64,000 bases of DNA from an uncultured Chloroflexia bacterium (GCA_963762985.1 CAVXMK010000024.1:4791-68790), one strand, 5' to 3'. Positions 45,855 to 56,190 are shown, numbered from the stretch's first letter. Notes: a model not told the origin generated them from the sequence alone. A program made the numbers and translations.

Positions 45855-47321
45855 TCAGCTGAACGAGGTCGGGGGGATGCTCTGTGGCCCGCCGAAGACG
45901 TTGTCCGGGTCGTAGAGGGTCTTGAGTTGAGATAGCCGCGCCAGGTTTGCGCCGTAGTACGCGGTTTGCCAGTCGGGGAGGTCGGCGTCGATGTAGTTGA
46001 CGTAGGCGCCGTCCGTGTACGGGGCCATCGCCGCGCGCAGGTTGCGCACCCAGGCGAGGTCGGCCGGTTCTTCGGCCGGGTCCCACCAGTAGGCTTGGTA
46101 TTGCAGGTCGAACAAGGCGCGGCGGTAGGGGAACGCCGTTTCTCGTGGGGCGATTGCCGCGACCCGGCCGCCGAGGGGAAAGAGCCCGACGAGGTTGGAG
46201 GCGGTTGGCGCGGCGCGCAACTCGTCGACCAGGGTGGCGATCGCCGCGGCGCTCAGCGGGGCGGAGGCGAACGCCGAGGCGTTCTTGAAGGGCAGTCCCG
46301 TGATGGGAGGGCCGGCGAACTGCTCGGCGGCGGTCAGGTAGGGGAGCGTCTGGATTGCGGGTGGATCCGGTGACCCGGTGGCGAGCAGGGGGGCGAGCAG
46401 CGATGGCATCTCGGCGGGTGGACCGGTGAAGAGCCCGGTCGCGGAGATGACGCCCGTGCCGGAGGAGGGGAGACCGAGGGCGACGGTGAGGCGATCGTCA
46501 GTGAAAGGGGCCCAGCGCTGCCAGGTGTCGAGCACGTCCGCGATGTCGTCCCAGGGCCAGATCAGCGAGCAGGTGGTCACCTCGCTGATGGGGTGGACGC
46601 GGAAGGTGAATGACGTGGCGATGCCGACGTTGCCGCCCCCACCGCCGCGCAGGGCCCAGAAGAGATCGGGGTGGTCCTGCGCGCTGGCGCGCAGGGGATC
46701 GCCGTCCGCGTCGACCAGATCGACGGCGAGGAGGTTGTCGCAGGTCAGTCCGTACTGGCGCGAGAGGAACCCGATGCCGCCGCCGAGAGTCAGCCCGGCG
46801 ATGCCGACGCCGGGGCACGTGCCGCCCGGGAGCGTTACCCCGTCATCCCACAACCGCCGGTAGAGATCGAGCATGCGCACCCCGGTGCCGACGACCGCTT
46901 CGCCGCGCGCCGCGTCCACGACGACCGCGGTCAACCCGCCCACATCGATCACCAGCGCGTCGTCCAACGTGGAATAAGCCTCGTAGCTGTGGCCGCCGGA
47001 GCGGGCGCAGAGCGGGATGCCTTGCTGGCGCGCCCAGCGGACGGCGTTCTGGACGTCTGCGGCGCTGGAGCAGACGACGATGCCCGCGGGGAAACGCGCG
47101 AAGCGGGTGTTGAAGGTCTGGCGGGCCGCGTCGTAACCGGGGTCGCCGGGCCAGATGACGCGGCCAGTCAAAGGGAGTGGTTGCGCCCGTACCGGCAGGC
47201 GACGGGAGGCAACCACCGGATGCGCCGGCGTTGCGCGCCCGGCGACGACCGCGCTGCCGAGTCCGACAAAGCCGCGGCGAGTCGTTTTGTGCGTCAGCAT
47301 GGCGCTCTCCGCTGTGGTCAT
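45855..47321 (-). CDS. Tat-exported FAD-linked oxidase with berberine-bridge-enzyme-like C-terminus
   Basis: Leader TRRGFVGLGSAVVAG, then ARSGGHSYEAYS, LRGGGGGNVGIATSFTF, YVNYID and NVFGGPQSIPP. Confidence 0.85.
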   Translation of the reverse strand: MTTAESAMLTHKTTRRGFVGLGSAVVAGRATPAHPVVASRRLPVRAQPLPLTGRVIWPGDPGYDAARQTFNTRFARFPAGIVVCSSAADVQNAVRWARQQGIPLCARSGGHSYEAYSTLDDALVIDVGGLTAVVVDAARGEAVVGTGVRMLDLYRRLWDDGVTLPGGTCPGVGIAGLTLGGGIGFLSRQYGLTCDNLLAVDLVDADGDPLRASAQDHPDLFWALRGGGGGNVGIATSFTFRVHPISEVTTCSLIWPWDDIADVLDTWQRWAPFTDDRLTVALGLPSSGTGVISATGLFTGPPAEMPSLLAPLLATGSPDPPAIQTLPYLTAAEQFAGPPITGLPFKNASAFASAPLSAAAIATLVDELRAAPTASNLVGLFPLGGRVAAIAPRETAFPYRRALFDLQYQAYWWDPAEEPADLAWVRNLRAAMAPYTDGAYVNYIDADLPDWQTAYYGANLARLSQLKTLYDPDNVFGGPQSIPPTSFS

Positions 47322-47458
47322 GGCGGTGCCGTCTGACCGCGATGCGATGTTGCGCGCTCTTTTACCGCAGAAGGGGGTTCAGCCGCTCGCCGCGTTCATG
47401 GACACCCATCGCGCCGCGAAGTTGTTGCGGCGATGGCGTGGGCGAACGGGAGTGCGGT

Positions 47459-47932
47459 TCAGCCTGCGACGGTGGCTCTCGCCCGGCGGATCTGGTCGGC
47501 GTGGTCGTGGGCGTGGCCGGCGTAGATGCGCAGCCAGTCCGCGACGGCGTAAGGACCGCTCTCGCTGTGCGTGCCGGCCCGTTGCCACTGCTGGTCGCTG
47601 AGGCGGCGCAGGATGGGGACGGTCGAGTCCCGCGCAGCGGCGAAGGCGGCGAGGGAGGGTGCGATGGGGCGGTCGGGGAAGAGGTTGGCGACGAAGGCTT
47701 CCTGATCGTAGCCAATGATGGTTGGGGCATCCTGGGCGATGAGGAGGCGCAGGCGGATGGCCGAGGTCATCTCGCTGTCGGCCAGGTGGTGGACGATCTC
47801 GCGCGGGTTCCACTCGCCCGGTGCTTCGCGGGCTTCGAGCTCAGCCTCGCTGATCCCGTCCAGCGCCGCCTCAATGACCCGGAACCCATCTTCGTATTGA
47901 GCGATCAGCCGCTCCCGCTCCGCCGCGTCCAT
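47459..47932 (-). CDS. DinB-family (DinB_2) protein
   Basis: WNPREIVHHLADSEM...LRIYAGHAHDHADQIRR (His triad pattern). Confidence 0.8.
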   Translation of the reverse strand: MDAAERERLIAQYEDGFRVIEAALDGISEAELEAREAPGEWNPREIVHHLADSEMTSAIRLRLLIAQDAPTIIGYDQEAFVANLFPDRPIAPSLAAFAAARDSTVPILRRLSDQQWQRAGTHSESGPYAVADWLRIYAGHAHDHADQIRRARATVAG

Positions 47933-47945
47933 TCGCTCCTCCTGC

Positions 47946-47973
47946 TTTCGATTTCCGACTTCCGACTCACGAC
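47946..47973. repeat. Four tandem heptamers TTYCGAY (GTCGRAA on the minus strand), overlapping the stop of the upstream minus-strand gene
   Basis: tttcgat ttccgac ttccgac tcacgac. Confidence 0.65.
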
Positions 47974-48326
47974 TCCCGCGGCGTCATCCACCATTCGGTG
48001 AAATCGAGGCAGCGCCCGTCGTCGTCGAATTGAAGCACCCAGAGGTTGTGGTAGTCGGGCGGGTCGGTGTAGTGGGTCCAGCCGCGAACGAAGGCCAGGT
48101 CGCCGGTGGTGGCGAGGACATCGGAGCGGAAGGTCCAAGTGCCGGGGTCGTCCTTGTTCTCCAGCCAGCCGGCGACGATACCGTCGCGGTCCTGCCACGG
48201 TTCGTCGTCGGGGCGTTGGCGATAGGTGGCGTGCTCGGCGAAGAGGTCGCCGATGGCGGCGGGGTCGTTGGATTCCCAGGCGCGGACGTAGCGGTCGACC
48301 CAGGCGGCGACGGTTTCGGCGTTCAT
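47967..48326 (-). CDS. SnoaL-like/NTF2-fold protein
   Basis: VAAWVDRYVRAWESNDPAAIGDLFAEHATY...GDLAFVRGWTHYTD...FTEWWM. Confidence 0.75.
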   Translation of the reverse strand: MNAETVAAWVDRYVRAWESNDPAAIGDLFAEHATYRQRPDDEPWQDRDGIVAGWLENKDDPGTWTFRSDVLATTGDLAFVRGWTHYTDPPDYHNLWVLQFDDDGRCLDFTEWWMTPRES

Positions 48327-48343
48327 CGCTCGGCTCCGATTGA

Positions 48344-48520
48344 TCAGGCGGTCCTGTTCCGGGACCGAAGCCGCTCCGTCAGGCGGCGCATGGCCGCCGC
48401 TGCCGAGGAACGCGCCCAGCGCGGGGCGAGCGCGATGTGGTCATCGAAGGCGATTTCGAGGTCGGCGTCGTACTGGCGGGCGATGGTCTGCAAACTGTCC
48501 CAGGCGGTGTAAGCGAGCAT
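48344..48520 (-). CDS. Small hypothetical protein (58 aa)
   Basis: ATG at 48520 lies 6 nt after AAAGGAG. MLAYTAWDSLQTIARQYDADLEIAFDDHIALAPRW... No family recognised. Confidence 0.4.
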   Translation of the reverse strand: MLAYTAWDSLQTIARQYDADLEIAFDDHIALAPRWARSSAAAAMRRLTERLRSRNRTA

Positions 48521-48650
48521 GGACGACTCCTTTCGTGCTACGTGGATAGAACGCATGCGGGTGATGGTTGTGAGATGGGCGAGTTCATCGGTCTGCTCAG
48601 ACGCCGAGCGAATGCTTGCATGCTACAACCCATGCATTATCATTGGGCTA

Positions 48651-49007
48651 ATGGCGTGGGAAGTGGAGTACACCGACCAGTTCGAGTCCTGGTTTGAAGA
48701 ACTCGATCGACGTCAACAGAACTCTGTCGTTGTTGCCGTCGAGATGCTCGAACGTCACGGACCAGGGCTTGGGCGACCGCTTGTCGATACCATCAAGGGA
48801 TCGCGCCACGCGAACATGAAGGAACTCCGGCCAAGGGGTGGCAATGTGCGCATTCTGTTCGCGTTTGACCCGCGCCGGATGGCGATTCTGCTTATTGGCG
48901 GGGACAAGACGAACCGCTGGCAGGATTGGTATCAGGAGTTCATCCCGTTCGCCGACCAGCTCGATGACGAACATCTCAAGGAGTTGACACAGGAAGGATT
49001 GCTCTGA
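48651..49007 (+). CDS. higB: Type II toxin, HigB/Gp49-like (RelE/ParE superfamily)
   Basis: MAWEVEYTDQFESWFEELD...GLGRPLVDTIKGSRHANMKELRPRGGNVRILFAFDPRRMAILLIGGDK. The stop overlaps the start of the antitoxin (ATGA-type junction). Confidence 0.8.
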   Translation: MAWEVEYTDQFESWFEELDRRQQNSVVVAVEMLERHGPGLGRPLVDTIKGSRHANMKELRPRGGNVRILFAFDPRRMAILLIGGDKTNRWQDWYQEFIPFADQLDDEHLKELTQEGLL

Positions 49008-49324
49008 TGCCGAAAACAAAGCCCTTTTCCGAACTCGCGGCCACGGTCAAGGCCGACCCAGAGCGCCGGGCGTGGATTGCCCTGGAAAAGCAGGCCATCG
49101 AGGATGCGTTGACCCTGGCTGAGCTGCGCTCCCGGCAAAACGTGACTCAGCAAACGTTGGCGCAAACCCTTGGGGTGACGCAGGCGAACATCTCCCGCAT
49201 TGAACACGAAGAAGACCTCTACCTCTCCACGCTCCGCGGCTACGTTGCGGCCTTGGGTGGGGAATTGGAGGTCAACGCGGTATTCCCGAATGGAAAAGTC
49301 ACGCTGGTCCCGGTTGAGAGGTAG
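49007..49324 (+). CDS. higA: Type II antitoxin, XRE-family HTH (HigA-like)
   Basis: LAELRSRQNVTQQTLAQTLGVTQANISRIEHEEDLYLSTLRGYVAALGGELEV. Confidence 0.8.
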   Translation: MPKTKPFSELAATVKADPERRAWIALEKQAIEDALTLAELRSRQNVTQQTLAQTLGVTQANISRIEHEEDLYLSTLRGYVAALGGELEVNAVFPNGKVTLVPVER

Positions 49325-49366
49325 TGGCCGGCTCTCCACAGCGCCGACGCCCTTCTTCCCTCCGTC

Positions 49367-50827
49367 TCACCCCACCCGTACTACTTCCACCCCCAACATC
49401 TTCCCCACCTTGGCAATCGTCCCTGCCACGTGTCCCACCCCTAGCGCGCAGTGGTGCGTCGGGCCGTGGCGGCACCAGGCGTTGACGAACTCGGCGGGGG
49501 GCAGGGAGAAGGCGATGCGGGAGAAGGTGTTGCCGATCTGGAGCACGGGGCCAGGGAGGGATTCGCCTTCGGCGGTGAGCAGTTTCAGGCGGCCGTCGGC
49601 GGTTTGGGTCAGGGTGAGGATGGTGACGGGGCCGGTTTTCACCCGCGCTTCGACGGCGACGCCGCCGCCGCGCTTGCCGTGGAAGATGTCCTTGCCGCGC
49701 AAGGCTGGTTTGCCCTCGGCGATGGCGAGGTGGAAGGGGCCGTCGTGGCCCATAAGCAGGAAATCGTCGACGAAGTCCATGGCGGCGAACTCGGTGAAGG
49801 AGCCGCCGGCGCCGAGGCGGTCCATGATCAGCATGGCGATGGCTGTGAGAGCGTCGCCCTCGCCGGCGCAGGGGATGCCGCGGCCGGTGAGGAGGGTGTT
49901 GCCGAGGATCATGCCGGCGCCGAGTTGCTCCGCGTCGTTGCCGCCGAGACCGCGATAGTAGTAGGCGAGGGCGTCGAGGGCGAAGTCGCGGCGGAGGGCG
50001 TCGAGGCCGGCGGCGACGCGGGAGGCCCAGGCCATCTCGTCGGGGCGGGGGGCGCGTCGTTCGGGGTCGGATGTGTCGGTCGGGATGTCGAAGAGGGCGC
50101 GGGCTTCCCGCGTGTGGCGCTCGATCTCCGCGTCGCTGGCCGCGTCGACTTTGGCTTGCAGGTCGTCGATCTCCAGCAGTTCGACGTGCAGGCCGGTGGC
50201 GCCGCCGATGAGGGTGAAGTCGGCGTAGAGGTCCATCATGCCGGGGTAGGTGTGGCCGAGGAAGCCGAGGCGGCCGGTGCGCAGAGCCCGCGCCGCGCCC
50301 GCGGCGGCGACCCACTCGCCGATCTCGCGCCAGGCTCGTTCCCCGGCCGGACCGGCGTCCTGGCGCAAGAGGCCGCTGACGACGTTGAAGGGGATGCCGT
50401 AGCGGGTGAAGACGCCGGCCAGCTCCGGGATGACACAGACGGTGCAGTTGGCGAGCCATTCGGCGGTGTCGGCTTCTTCGTAATCGAGGGCCGGGGTCGG
50501 TTGCAGGTTGAGGACCAGCACGGGGCGGCCGACGTCGCGCACGACCGGGACGACCTGGGACGAGGTGGCGTAGGTGCCGACATAGCAGACGACGAGGTCG
50601 ACGTCCTCGCGCCGGAAACGTTCGCCCGCCTCGCGTGCAGCCGGCGGGGTATCGACCAGCCCGGCAGAGACGACCTCCGCTCCCGCGGCCCGCAACCCGT
50701 CCTCGACCTCGCGCTGATACCCCTCCAGCCGCTCTTTCAGCCCCGGCAACTGCTCCCAGTACGCGTGCAGGCCGATGCCGAAGACGCCGATCTTTACGGG
50801 CGGGGTTGGGATACGTTCCAGGGTCAT
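49367..50827 (-). CDS. L-arabinose/L-fucose isomerase-family sugar isomerase
   Basis: 486 aa with VKIGVFGIGLHAYWEQLPGLKERLEGY...DLVVCYVGTYATSSQVVPV. Lies adjacent to rhaM. Confidence 0.7.
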   Translation of the reverse strand: MTLERIPTPPVKIGVFGIGLHAYWEQLPGLKERLEGYQREVEDGLRAAGAEVVSAGLVDTPPAAREAGERFRREDVDLVVCYVGTYATSSQVVPVVRDVGRPVLVLNLQPTPALDYEEADTAEWLANCTVCVIPELAGVFTRYGIPFNVVSGLLRQDAGPAGERAWREIGEWVAAAGAARALRTGRLGFLGHTYPGMMDLYADFTLIGGATGLHVELLEIDDLQAKVDAASDAEIERHTREARALFDIPTDTSDPERRAPRPDEMAWASRVAAGLDALRRDFALDALAYYYRGLGGNDAEQLGAGMILGNTLLTGRGIPCAGEGDALTAIAMLIMDRLGAGGSFTEFAAMDFVDDFLLMGHDGPFHLAIAEGKPALRGKDIFHGKRGGGVAVEARVKTGPVTILTLTQTADGRLKLLTAEGESLPGPVLQIGNTFSRIAFSLPPAEFVNAWCRHGPTHHCALGVGHVAGTIAKVGKMLGVEVVRVG

Positions 50828-50845
50828 GGCGGTTCTCCTCCGGGG

Positions 50846-50970
50846 AGGGTGTTAGGGTGATGGGGTGTTAGGGTGATGGGGTGTTAGGGTGATAGGGAGA
50901 ACGGCGTGAGAGCGGGCGTTTCCGACAAGCTCACCTATCACCCCATCACCCTAACACCCCATCACCCTAG
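50846..50970. repeat. G-tract/C-tract palindromic element (copy E9)
   Basis: Three copies of ggggtgttagggtgat plus aggga form the left arm. The spacer is gaacggcgtgagagcgggcgtttccgacaagctc. The right arm is acctatcaccccatcaccctaacaccccatcaccctag. Confidence 0.7.
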
Positions 50971-50973
50971 TCC

Positions 50974-51294
50974 TCACTCCATCCGAAACACCTCGTCCAT
51001 CATGCGCAGCGGTTCGGGGGCGTCGGGGTCGACGGGGGTGGCGAGGTAGCCGCGCATGAACTCCTGCCAGCGGCGGTTGGCGTCGGAGCGGGCGAGGGCG
51101 GCGGAGGTGGATTCCCAGTTGTCGCACTCCAGGGAGGCGAAGAGATCCGGGCCGTCGGCGAAGATGGAGTAGTTGCGGATGCCGGCGGCGCGCATATCGG
51201 CCAGGAGTTCGGGCCAGACGTGCTGGTGGAGGCGTTTGTATTCGTCGAGCCGCGCGGGTTGGACCCAGAGGCGGAAGGCGATGCGCTGGGTCAC
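50974..51294 (-). CDS. rhaM: L-rhamnose mutarotase
   Basis: MTQRIAFRLWVQPARLDEYKRLHQHVWPELLADMRAAGIRNYSIF...RWQEFM. Confidence 0.85.
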   Translation of the reverse strand: MTQRIAFRLWVQPARLDEYKRLHQHVWPELLADMRAAGIRNYSIFADGPDLFASLECDNWESTSAALARSDANRRWQEFMRGYLATPVDPDAPEPLRMMDEVFRME

Positions 51295-51560
51295 TGGCTT
51301 CCCTCCACACGATCCGCTTGAGTCGTTTGCAGATGACGGCCGGTGTCATCCCGCCATCGATGTGGGGCACGACCTGCCGTGCCCCCACAAACGTAGCTGG
51401 CGTCAGTCTTGCGCCGCAAACGTGCGCCTCGCGCCTGCGAGGCGCAGCGAATACGGAACAGCGCGCCAGGCCCGTCGATATGAGACGGCCGGCGGCGATT
51501 GCCCTTCCATCGTTTGGGTCGCTGGTACCGACAGCGCACTTCGGCGATGCTACGGTCGAT

Positions 51561-53939
51561 ATGGACGAGGAGACCGCGGCGTCTGCCGACCAATCGATCG
51601 GTGCCGTGTCCCGGGCTCCCAGCGCCCTGGGGCGGCTTCCGCTGCCCCTCACCTCCTTTCTTGCCCGCGAGCGGGAAATCGCCGAGGCCACCGCCCTGCT
51701 GCGGCGGACCGATGTCCGGCTCCTGACCCTGACCGGCCCCGGCGGGGTCGGCAAGACCCGGCTGGCTATCGCAGTCGCCAACGACCTCCCACCTGAAGTC
51801 ACCGATGGCGTCGCCTTCGTTGCGCTCGCTCCCGTGCGGGATGCCGAGCTCGTCGCCTCGGCCATCACTCAGGCGCTCGGGGTTCGGGTGTCCGGCGATC
51901 AGACCGTCCAGTCGAGTTTGATCGGCGCCATTGGCGATGCCGCGATGCTCCTGGTGCTCGATAACTTTGAGCATGTCCTGGAGGCTGGCTCGCTCGTGGT
52001 GGCGCTCCTGACGACGTGTCCGCAGTTGACGATCCTCGCCACCAGTCGCGCTCCCTTGCGTGTGTCTGGCGAACGCGAGTATCCCGTGCCACCGCTGGCG
52101 CTCCCCGGCACGGACGCGCAGGCATCTGAGGCCGTGGCGGAATCCCCGGCGGTGCGCCTCTTCGCTGAGCGCGCCACGGTAGTCGACCCGCGCTTTGCGC
52201 TCACCGACGATAACGCGGCAGCCGTGGCGGCGATCTGTATACGGCTCGACGGCCTCCCGCTGGCGATCGAGTTGGCGGCGGGACGTAGTAAGGTCCTGGC
52301 ACCGTCCCTTCTGCTGCCTCGTCTGGCGCGTCAACTTCCCTTACTCACCGGCGGCCCGCGCGACGTACCCGCGCGCTTGCAGACCATGTACGACGCTATC
52401 GCCTGGAGCTACTCCCTGCTGCCAACCCATGAGCAACAACTTTTCCGGCGGCTGGCGGTCTTCGTCGGGGGATTCAGCCTTGATGCGGCCGAGGCAGTGG
52501 CTGCCTCCGAGCCTGGCGCCATTGATCCACTCCGAGACATCAGCTCGCTGATGGAACAAAACCTCCTGCGCCGAGAAGACGCGACTGCCGCTGAGCCGCG
52601 TTTCGGCATGCTGGAAACCATCCGCGAATTTGCCGCGGAGCACCTGGGCGCGTCGGATGAAGCCGTCACCATCCGCGATCGGCACGCCGCCTACTTTCTG
52701 GCGCTGGCCGAGGAGGCCAGACCGCACATCCTCGGCGCCGACCAAGTGACCTGGCTGAACCGTCTCGAGATCGAGCTGCCTAACGTTCGCGTTGCCCTGG
52801 AGTGGCTGCGCACGCAGCCACGGATCGAGGAAGCGCTGCGCCTCGTGGGCGCGCTTGGATGGTTCTGGTATCGCCGGGGCTACTACAGTGAAGCTCGCCG
52901 TCATTTGGCAGCGCTGTTTGCTGCATCCGCCGCCTCCGAGCCAACGCCCGCGCGTGCCGCGGCGCTGGTCCTTGCGGCCGAGCTCGCCACGATGCAAGGC
53001 GATCGCGATTCCGCCGCGGCCCACGGTAACGAAGCCCTGCGCACGTGGCGCGACCTGGATAGCCAAAACGGCGCGGCGCACGCCCTCAATGCGCTGGGGA
53101 GCCTTGCGATCGATCAAGGCGACACACGCCGAGCCCACGCGTTGCTCGAAGAAGCTGTTGCCCTTCAGCGTGGTGTCGACCAGTGGGGATTGACGAAGTC
53201 CCTCGCCTACCTCGGCGTCGCCGACTACGCCCAAGGCGACTATGCGAACGCGGCAGCACGGTTCGCAGAAGGTCTCGCGCTGGCGCGGGCCATCGAGGAT
53301 CTGTTTCTCGTCGCGCAGATGCTTGGCGACGCCGGGCATGTGGCCCTGGCGCGCGGACAGCTTGAGTCCGCCGCAATATGGTATGAGGAAGCCCTTGACC
53401 TCCATCAACGCCTTGCCGCGTATTGGGACGTGGGCTGGTGTCTCGCGGGATTCGCGGGGATGGGGGCCGCGATCGAGCAGCCCGACCGCGCAGCACGACT
53501 CTACGGTGCCGCCATGGCGTTGCACGCGACCGACCGCGCACCGATGCGCCCGAGTGTGCAGCAGACCTACGATCGCATCCTGGAGCCGGTACGCCGCGCG
53601 CTCGGTGCAGCGGGATGGGAGGCCGCATGTGCTGCCGGCGCCGCTCTGACTTTGGACGAAGCCATCGCCGAGGCGTACGCCGTAGTCGCGGATATCCGGA
53701 TCAGCACGGCGTTGGCCGATGCCGCGACCCCAGCAACATCCTCGGCCTACGGGCTAACCCCGCGTGAGGTCGAAGTGCTCCGTCTCGTGGCTGCCGGACG
53801 ATCCGATCGCGAGATCGCCGCGACGCTCTTCATCGGCCATCGCACGGCACAAGATCACGTCTCCAACATCATTGGCAAGCTGGGCGTCGCCAATCGCACC
53901 GAGGCGGCCGCGGTCGCCGTCCGCGACGGCATGATCTGA
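51561..53939 (+). CDS. LuxR-family transcriptional regulator with STAND-type ATPase and TPR-like region
   Basis: Walker [58 protein letters not shown]. The start is uncertain: ATG at 51561 or 51480, and the longest ORF begins at 51318. Confidence 0.8.
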   Translation: MDEETAASADQSIGAVSRAPSALGRLPLPLTSFLAREREIAEATALLRRTDVRLLTLTGPGGVGKTRLAIAVANDLPPEVTDGVAFVALAPVRDAELVASAITQALGVRVSGDQTVQSSLIGAIGDAAMLLVLDNFEHVLEAGSLVVALLTTCPQLTILATSRAPLRVSGEREYPVPPLALPGTDAQASEAVAESPAVRLFAERATVVDPRFALTDDNAAAVAAICIRLDGLPLAIELAAGRSKVLAPSLLLPRLARQLPLLTGGPRDVPARLQTMYDAIAWSYSLLPTHEQQLFRRLAVFVGGFSLDAAEAVAASEPGAIDPLRDISSLMEQNLLRREDATAAEPRFGMLETIREFAAEHLGASDEAVTIRDRHAAYFLALAEEARPHILGADQVTWLNRLEIELPNVRVALEWLRTQPRIEEALRLVGALGWFWYRRGYYSEARRHLAALFAASAASEPTPARAAALVLAAELATMQGDRDSAAAHGNEALRTWRDLDSQNGAAHALNALGSLAIDQGDTRRAHALLEEAVALQRGVDQWGLTKSLAYLGVADYAQGDYANAAARFAEGLALARAIEDLFLVAQMLGDAGHVALARGQLESAAIWYEEALDLHQRLAAYWDVGWCLAGFAGMGAAIEQPDRAARLYGAAMALHATDRAPMRPSVQQTYDRILEPVRRALGAAGWEAACAAGAALTLDEAIAEAYAVVADIRISTALADAATPATSSAYGLTPREVEVLRLVAAGRSDREIAATLFIGHRTAQDHVSNIIGKLGVANRTEAAAVAVRDGMI

Positions 53940-54133
53940 CCCCTTGCTCGCTGACGCGGCTGCGCGGAGTACGGAGCCCCGTATTCACCGCTCGCCCACA
54001 TCTCCGTATCCCAATCCCGTCATTTCCGGGATGCGCTTCCCACCCTTCCCAAGCATGCTGCCTCCATGCCCTGGCGGGCACGCCGGGGTCTGCGGAGGCC
54101 TGACGGCGGCGGAGAATTGACAGGAGGAGCGGC

Positions 54134-54580
54134 ATGCAAGAAGTGCTCTACGCGATGCGGTTCACGGGCCAAGCCGAGCCGGTCGGCAACGCGGGCAATG
54201 TGCTCAAGGCGGCGACCAGCGCCCCGAGCAGCACTCTCACCAGCACGGTGGGGCCGCAGGGGCTGCAGGGAACGATCGCGCCAGTGCCAGGAGGGGAGGC
54301 CCGCTTTACCTCCGAGGTGACTTTCACCAGCGAGACCAGCTTCCTGGAGACCGGGACGATCGCCTTTAGCGATGGCAACACAGTGCGGTTCGCGACGGTG
54401 GGCAGCGGCTACTTGGCGCCGAGTGCGGATCCGGAGCGCAAGCACGGCACGGTGATGTGGCGGGTCGAGGGCGGCGAGGGGCAGTTCGCCGGCGCCACCG
54501 GGCTGATTACCTCCAACTTCTTCGTCGATGACAGCTTAGGAGTGGTCGACCATCACTTCGGGGTGCTGCTGGTGCCATAA
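54134..54580 (+). CDS. Hypothetical protein (148 aa, all-beta-looking)
   Basis: ATG follows AGGAGGAG and codon usage is coding-like. ...GTVMWRVEGGEGQFAGATGLITSNFFVDDSLGVVDHHFGVLLVP. No family recognised with confidence. Confidence 0.55.
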   Translation: MQEVLYAMRFTGQAEPVGNAGNVLKAATSAPSSTLTSTVGPQGLQGTIAPVPGGEARFTSEVTFTSETSFLETGTIAFSDGNTVRFATVGSGYLAPSADPERKHGTVMWRVEGGEGQFAGATGLITSNFFVDDSLGVVDHHFGVLLVP

Positions 54581-55859
54581 CCCACCGCAGGCACCGGTCG
54601 TGCCACCTATATCCAAATGCTTGGACCATCCCAGGGTTCGTCCGGAGCCTCGTGAGAGCGCGTCAGGAGTCGGCGCATGCAGCTCCCGTCCGCCACCGCG
54701 CTGCCATTTTCCCCGGTCGTCATGCGGCAGCTTCCGCACTCAGGCCCAGCGTAGGGTGACCGCAACGACCTGAGGGGCTAGCCAACGTCGGGCGTCAACG
54801 CTGGCACGTGCCTCGGACGGGCGCCGCTGTCCGAGACGGGAGCGTGGGCAGTGTGCCTGCATCGGGTTGTGACGGAGTGCGGCCGCAGATCGCACGAGAG
54901 GAGAAAGGTTCATGAATCCGCGCTACTCCAATCGCTACGACGCCCGGCAAGCCGCAATTCTGGAAACACTGGTCTCAGGAGGATTCTGTGCGCCAGCCCT
55001 GCTGGAATTGCGTGTTCGTACTGAGCGTCGATCCTGGGATCAGCCTCTGCGAGAACCGCCTTCCCCTGTGCCACGAAGAGTCGTTGTCTCCAGCTGGTTC
55101 AGGAACGTAAGCGGACGGTTGCATCCTGGACGTGGCCAGGACGTTGCGCCGACTCGGTCGTCGCCCATGGAACCCGCGTGACAAACGTCACAGCCGTTGT
55201 TCGTGCTTCACCGATCGCCGTGCGAGGGCTCCCGTGCGAAGCGCGCCTTGGGATGACTTTGCGACTCCGTTCGATCGCGCTCCCAGGAGACAAGGCCACG
55301 AGCCGGGTCGTGATCCTTCCGCGCTCGAACGCGCCGCCCTCGCGGATCGCTACCTACTGGCTCCCGGCGCTGGGCGGCCTGCTGGCCGCGCTCGGCGTCG
55401 CCTGCGTCGTGGCCGGCACCGAGCACGTCATCGCCGAGGTCATGCGACCTCCGGTGGCGGCCGCGCGGAGCCTGCCGGAGAACAACCCTGGCCCCGCCGG
55501 CGACGGGCTGGTGGCCGGCGGGACAGAGGACGCGGCCTGTGGGGAGGGCGCCGCGGCGCGTGGTGGGTCGTGTTCGGCAACCGACGCCACAATCCAGCCG
55601 CCGGCGGCGGCCGCTGGAAATCCGTCGCCGGAAGCGATCGCGCGATCGGAGCGGCCGGACGCCACTGCCGACTGCTGGAGAACGGAGAGTGGTCGGGGCA
55701 CGCGCTCCGAGTCGGCCCACCTGGCGTCACTTCCCTCTTGCCCCGATCCGCGCCATGCCCTCGCCGCGATGGCCGCCACGCAACACCGTGGGCGCGGGTT
55801 CCGCTCGCGCCACACCGACGGCGATGATGGACCAGCGACCGCGCTGTTCGCCCCGGCGT

Positions 55860-56168
55860 TCACGCATCAGCCCGTGGCGCCACGTGCAGCCTGCAGCCAA
55901 GCACATCGCCCAGCCGATCCGTGCCGCGCATGAAGTCTTGCCAGCGGCGGTTGGCGTCGGAGCGGGCGAGGGCGGCGGAGGTGGTGTCCCAATCGTCGCA
56001 CTCCAGATAGGCGAAGAGCTCGGGGCCGTCGGCGAAGATCGAGTCGTTGCAGATGCCGGCTTCGTGCATGTCGGCCAGCAATTCCGGCCAGACTTGCTGG
56101 TGGAGGCGTTTGTATTCTTCGAGCCGCTCGGGTTGGACCCAGAGGCGGAAGGCGACGCGCTGCGACAC
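55860..56168 (-). pseudogene. Truncated second copy of rhaM
   Basis: The first 82 codons closely parallel those of 50974-51294 (MSQRVAFRLWVQPERLEEYKRLHQQVWPELLADM...RWQDFMRG). The sequence then diverges into unrelated residues. Confidence 0.65.
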
Positions 56169-56190
56169 CAGCCTCCCTCCAGGCGATCCG

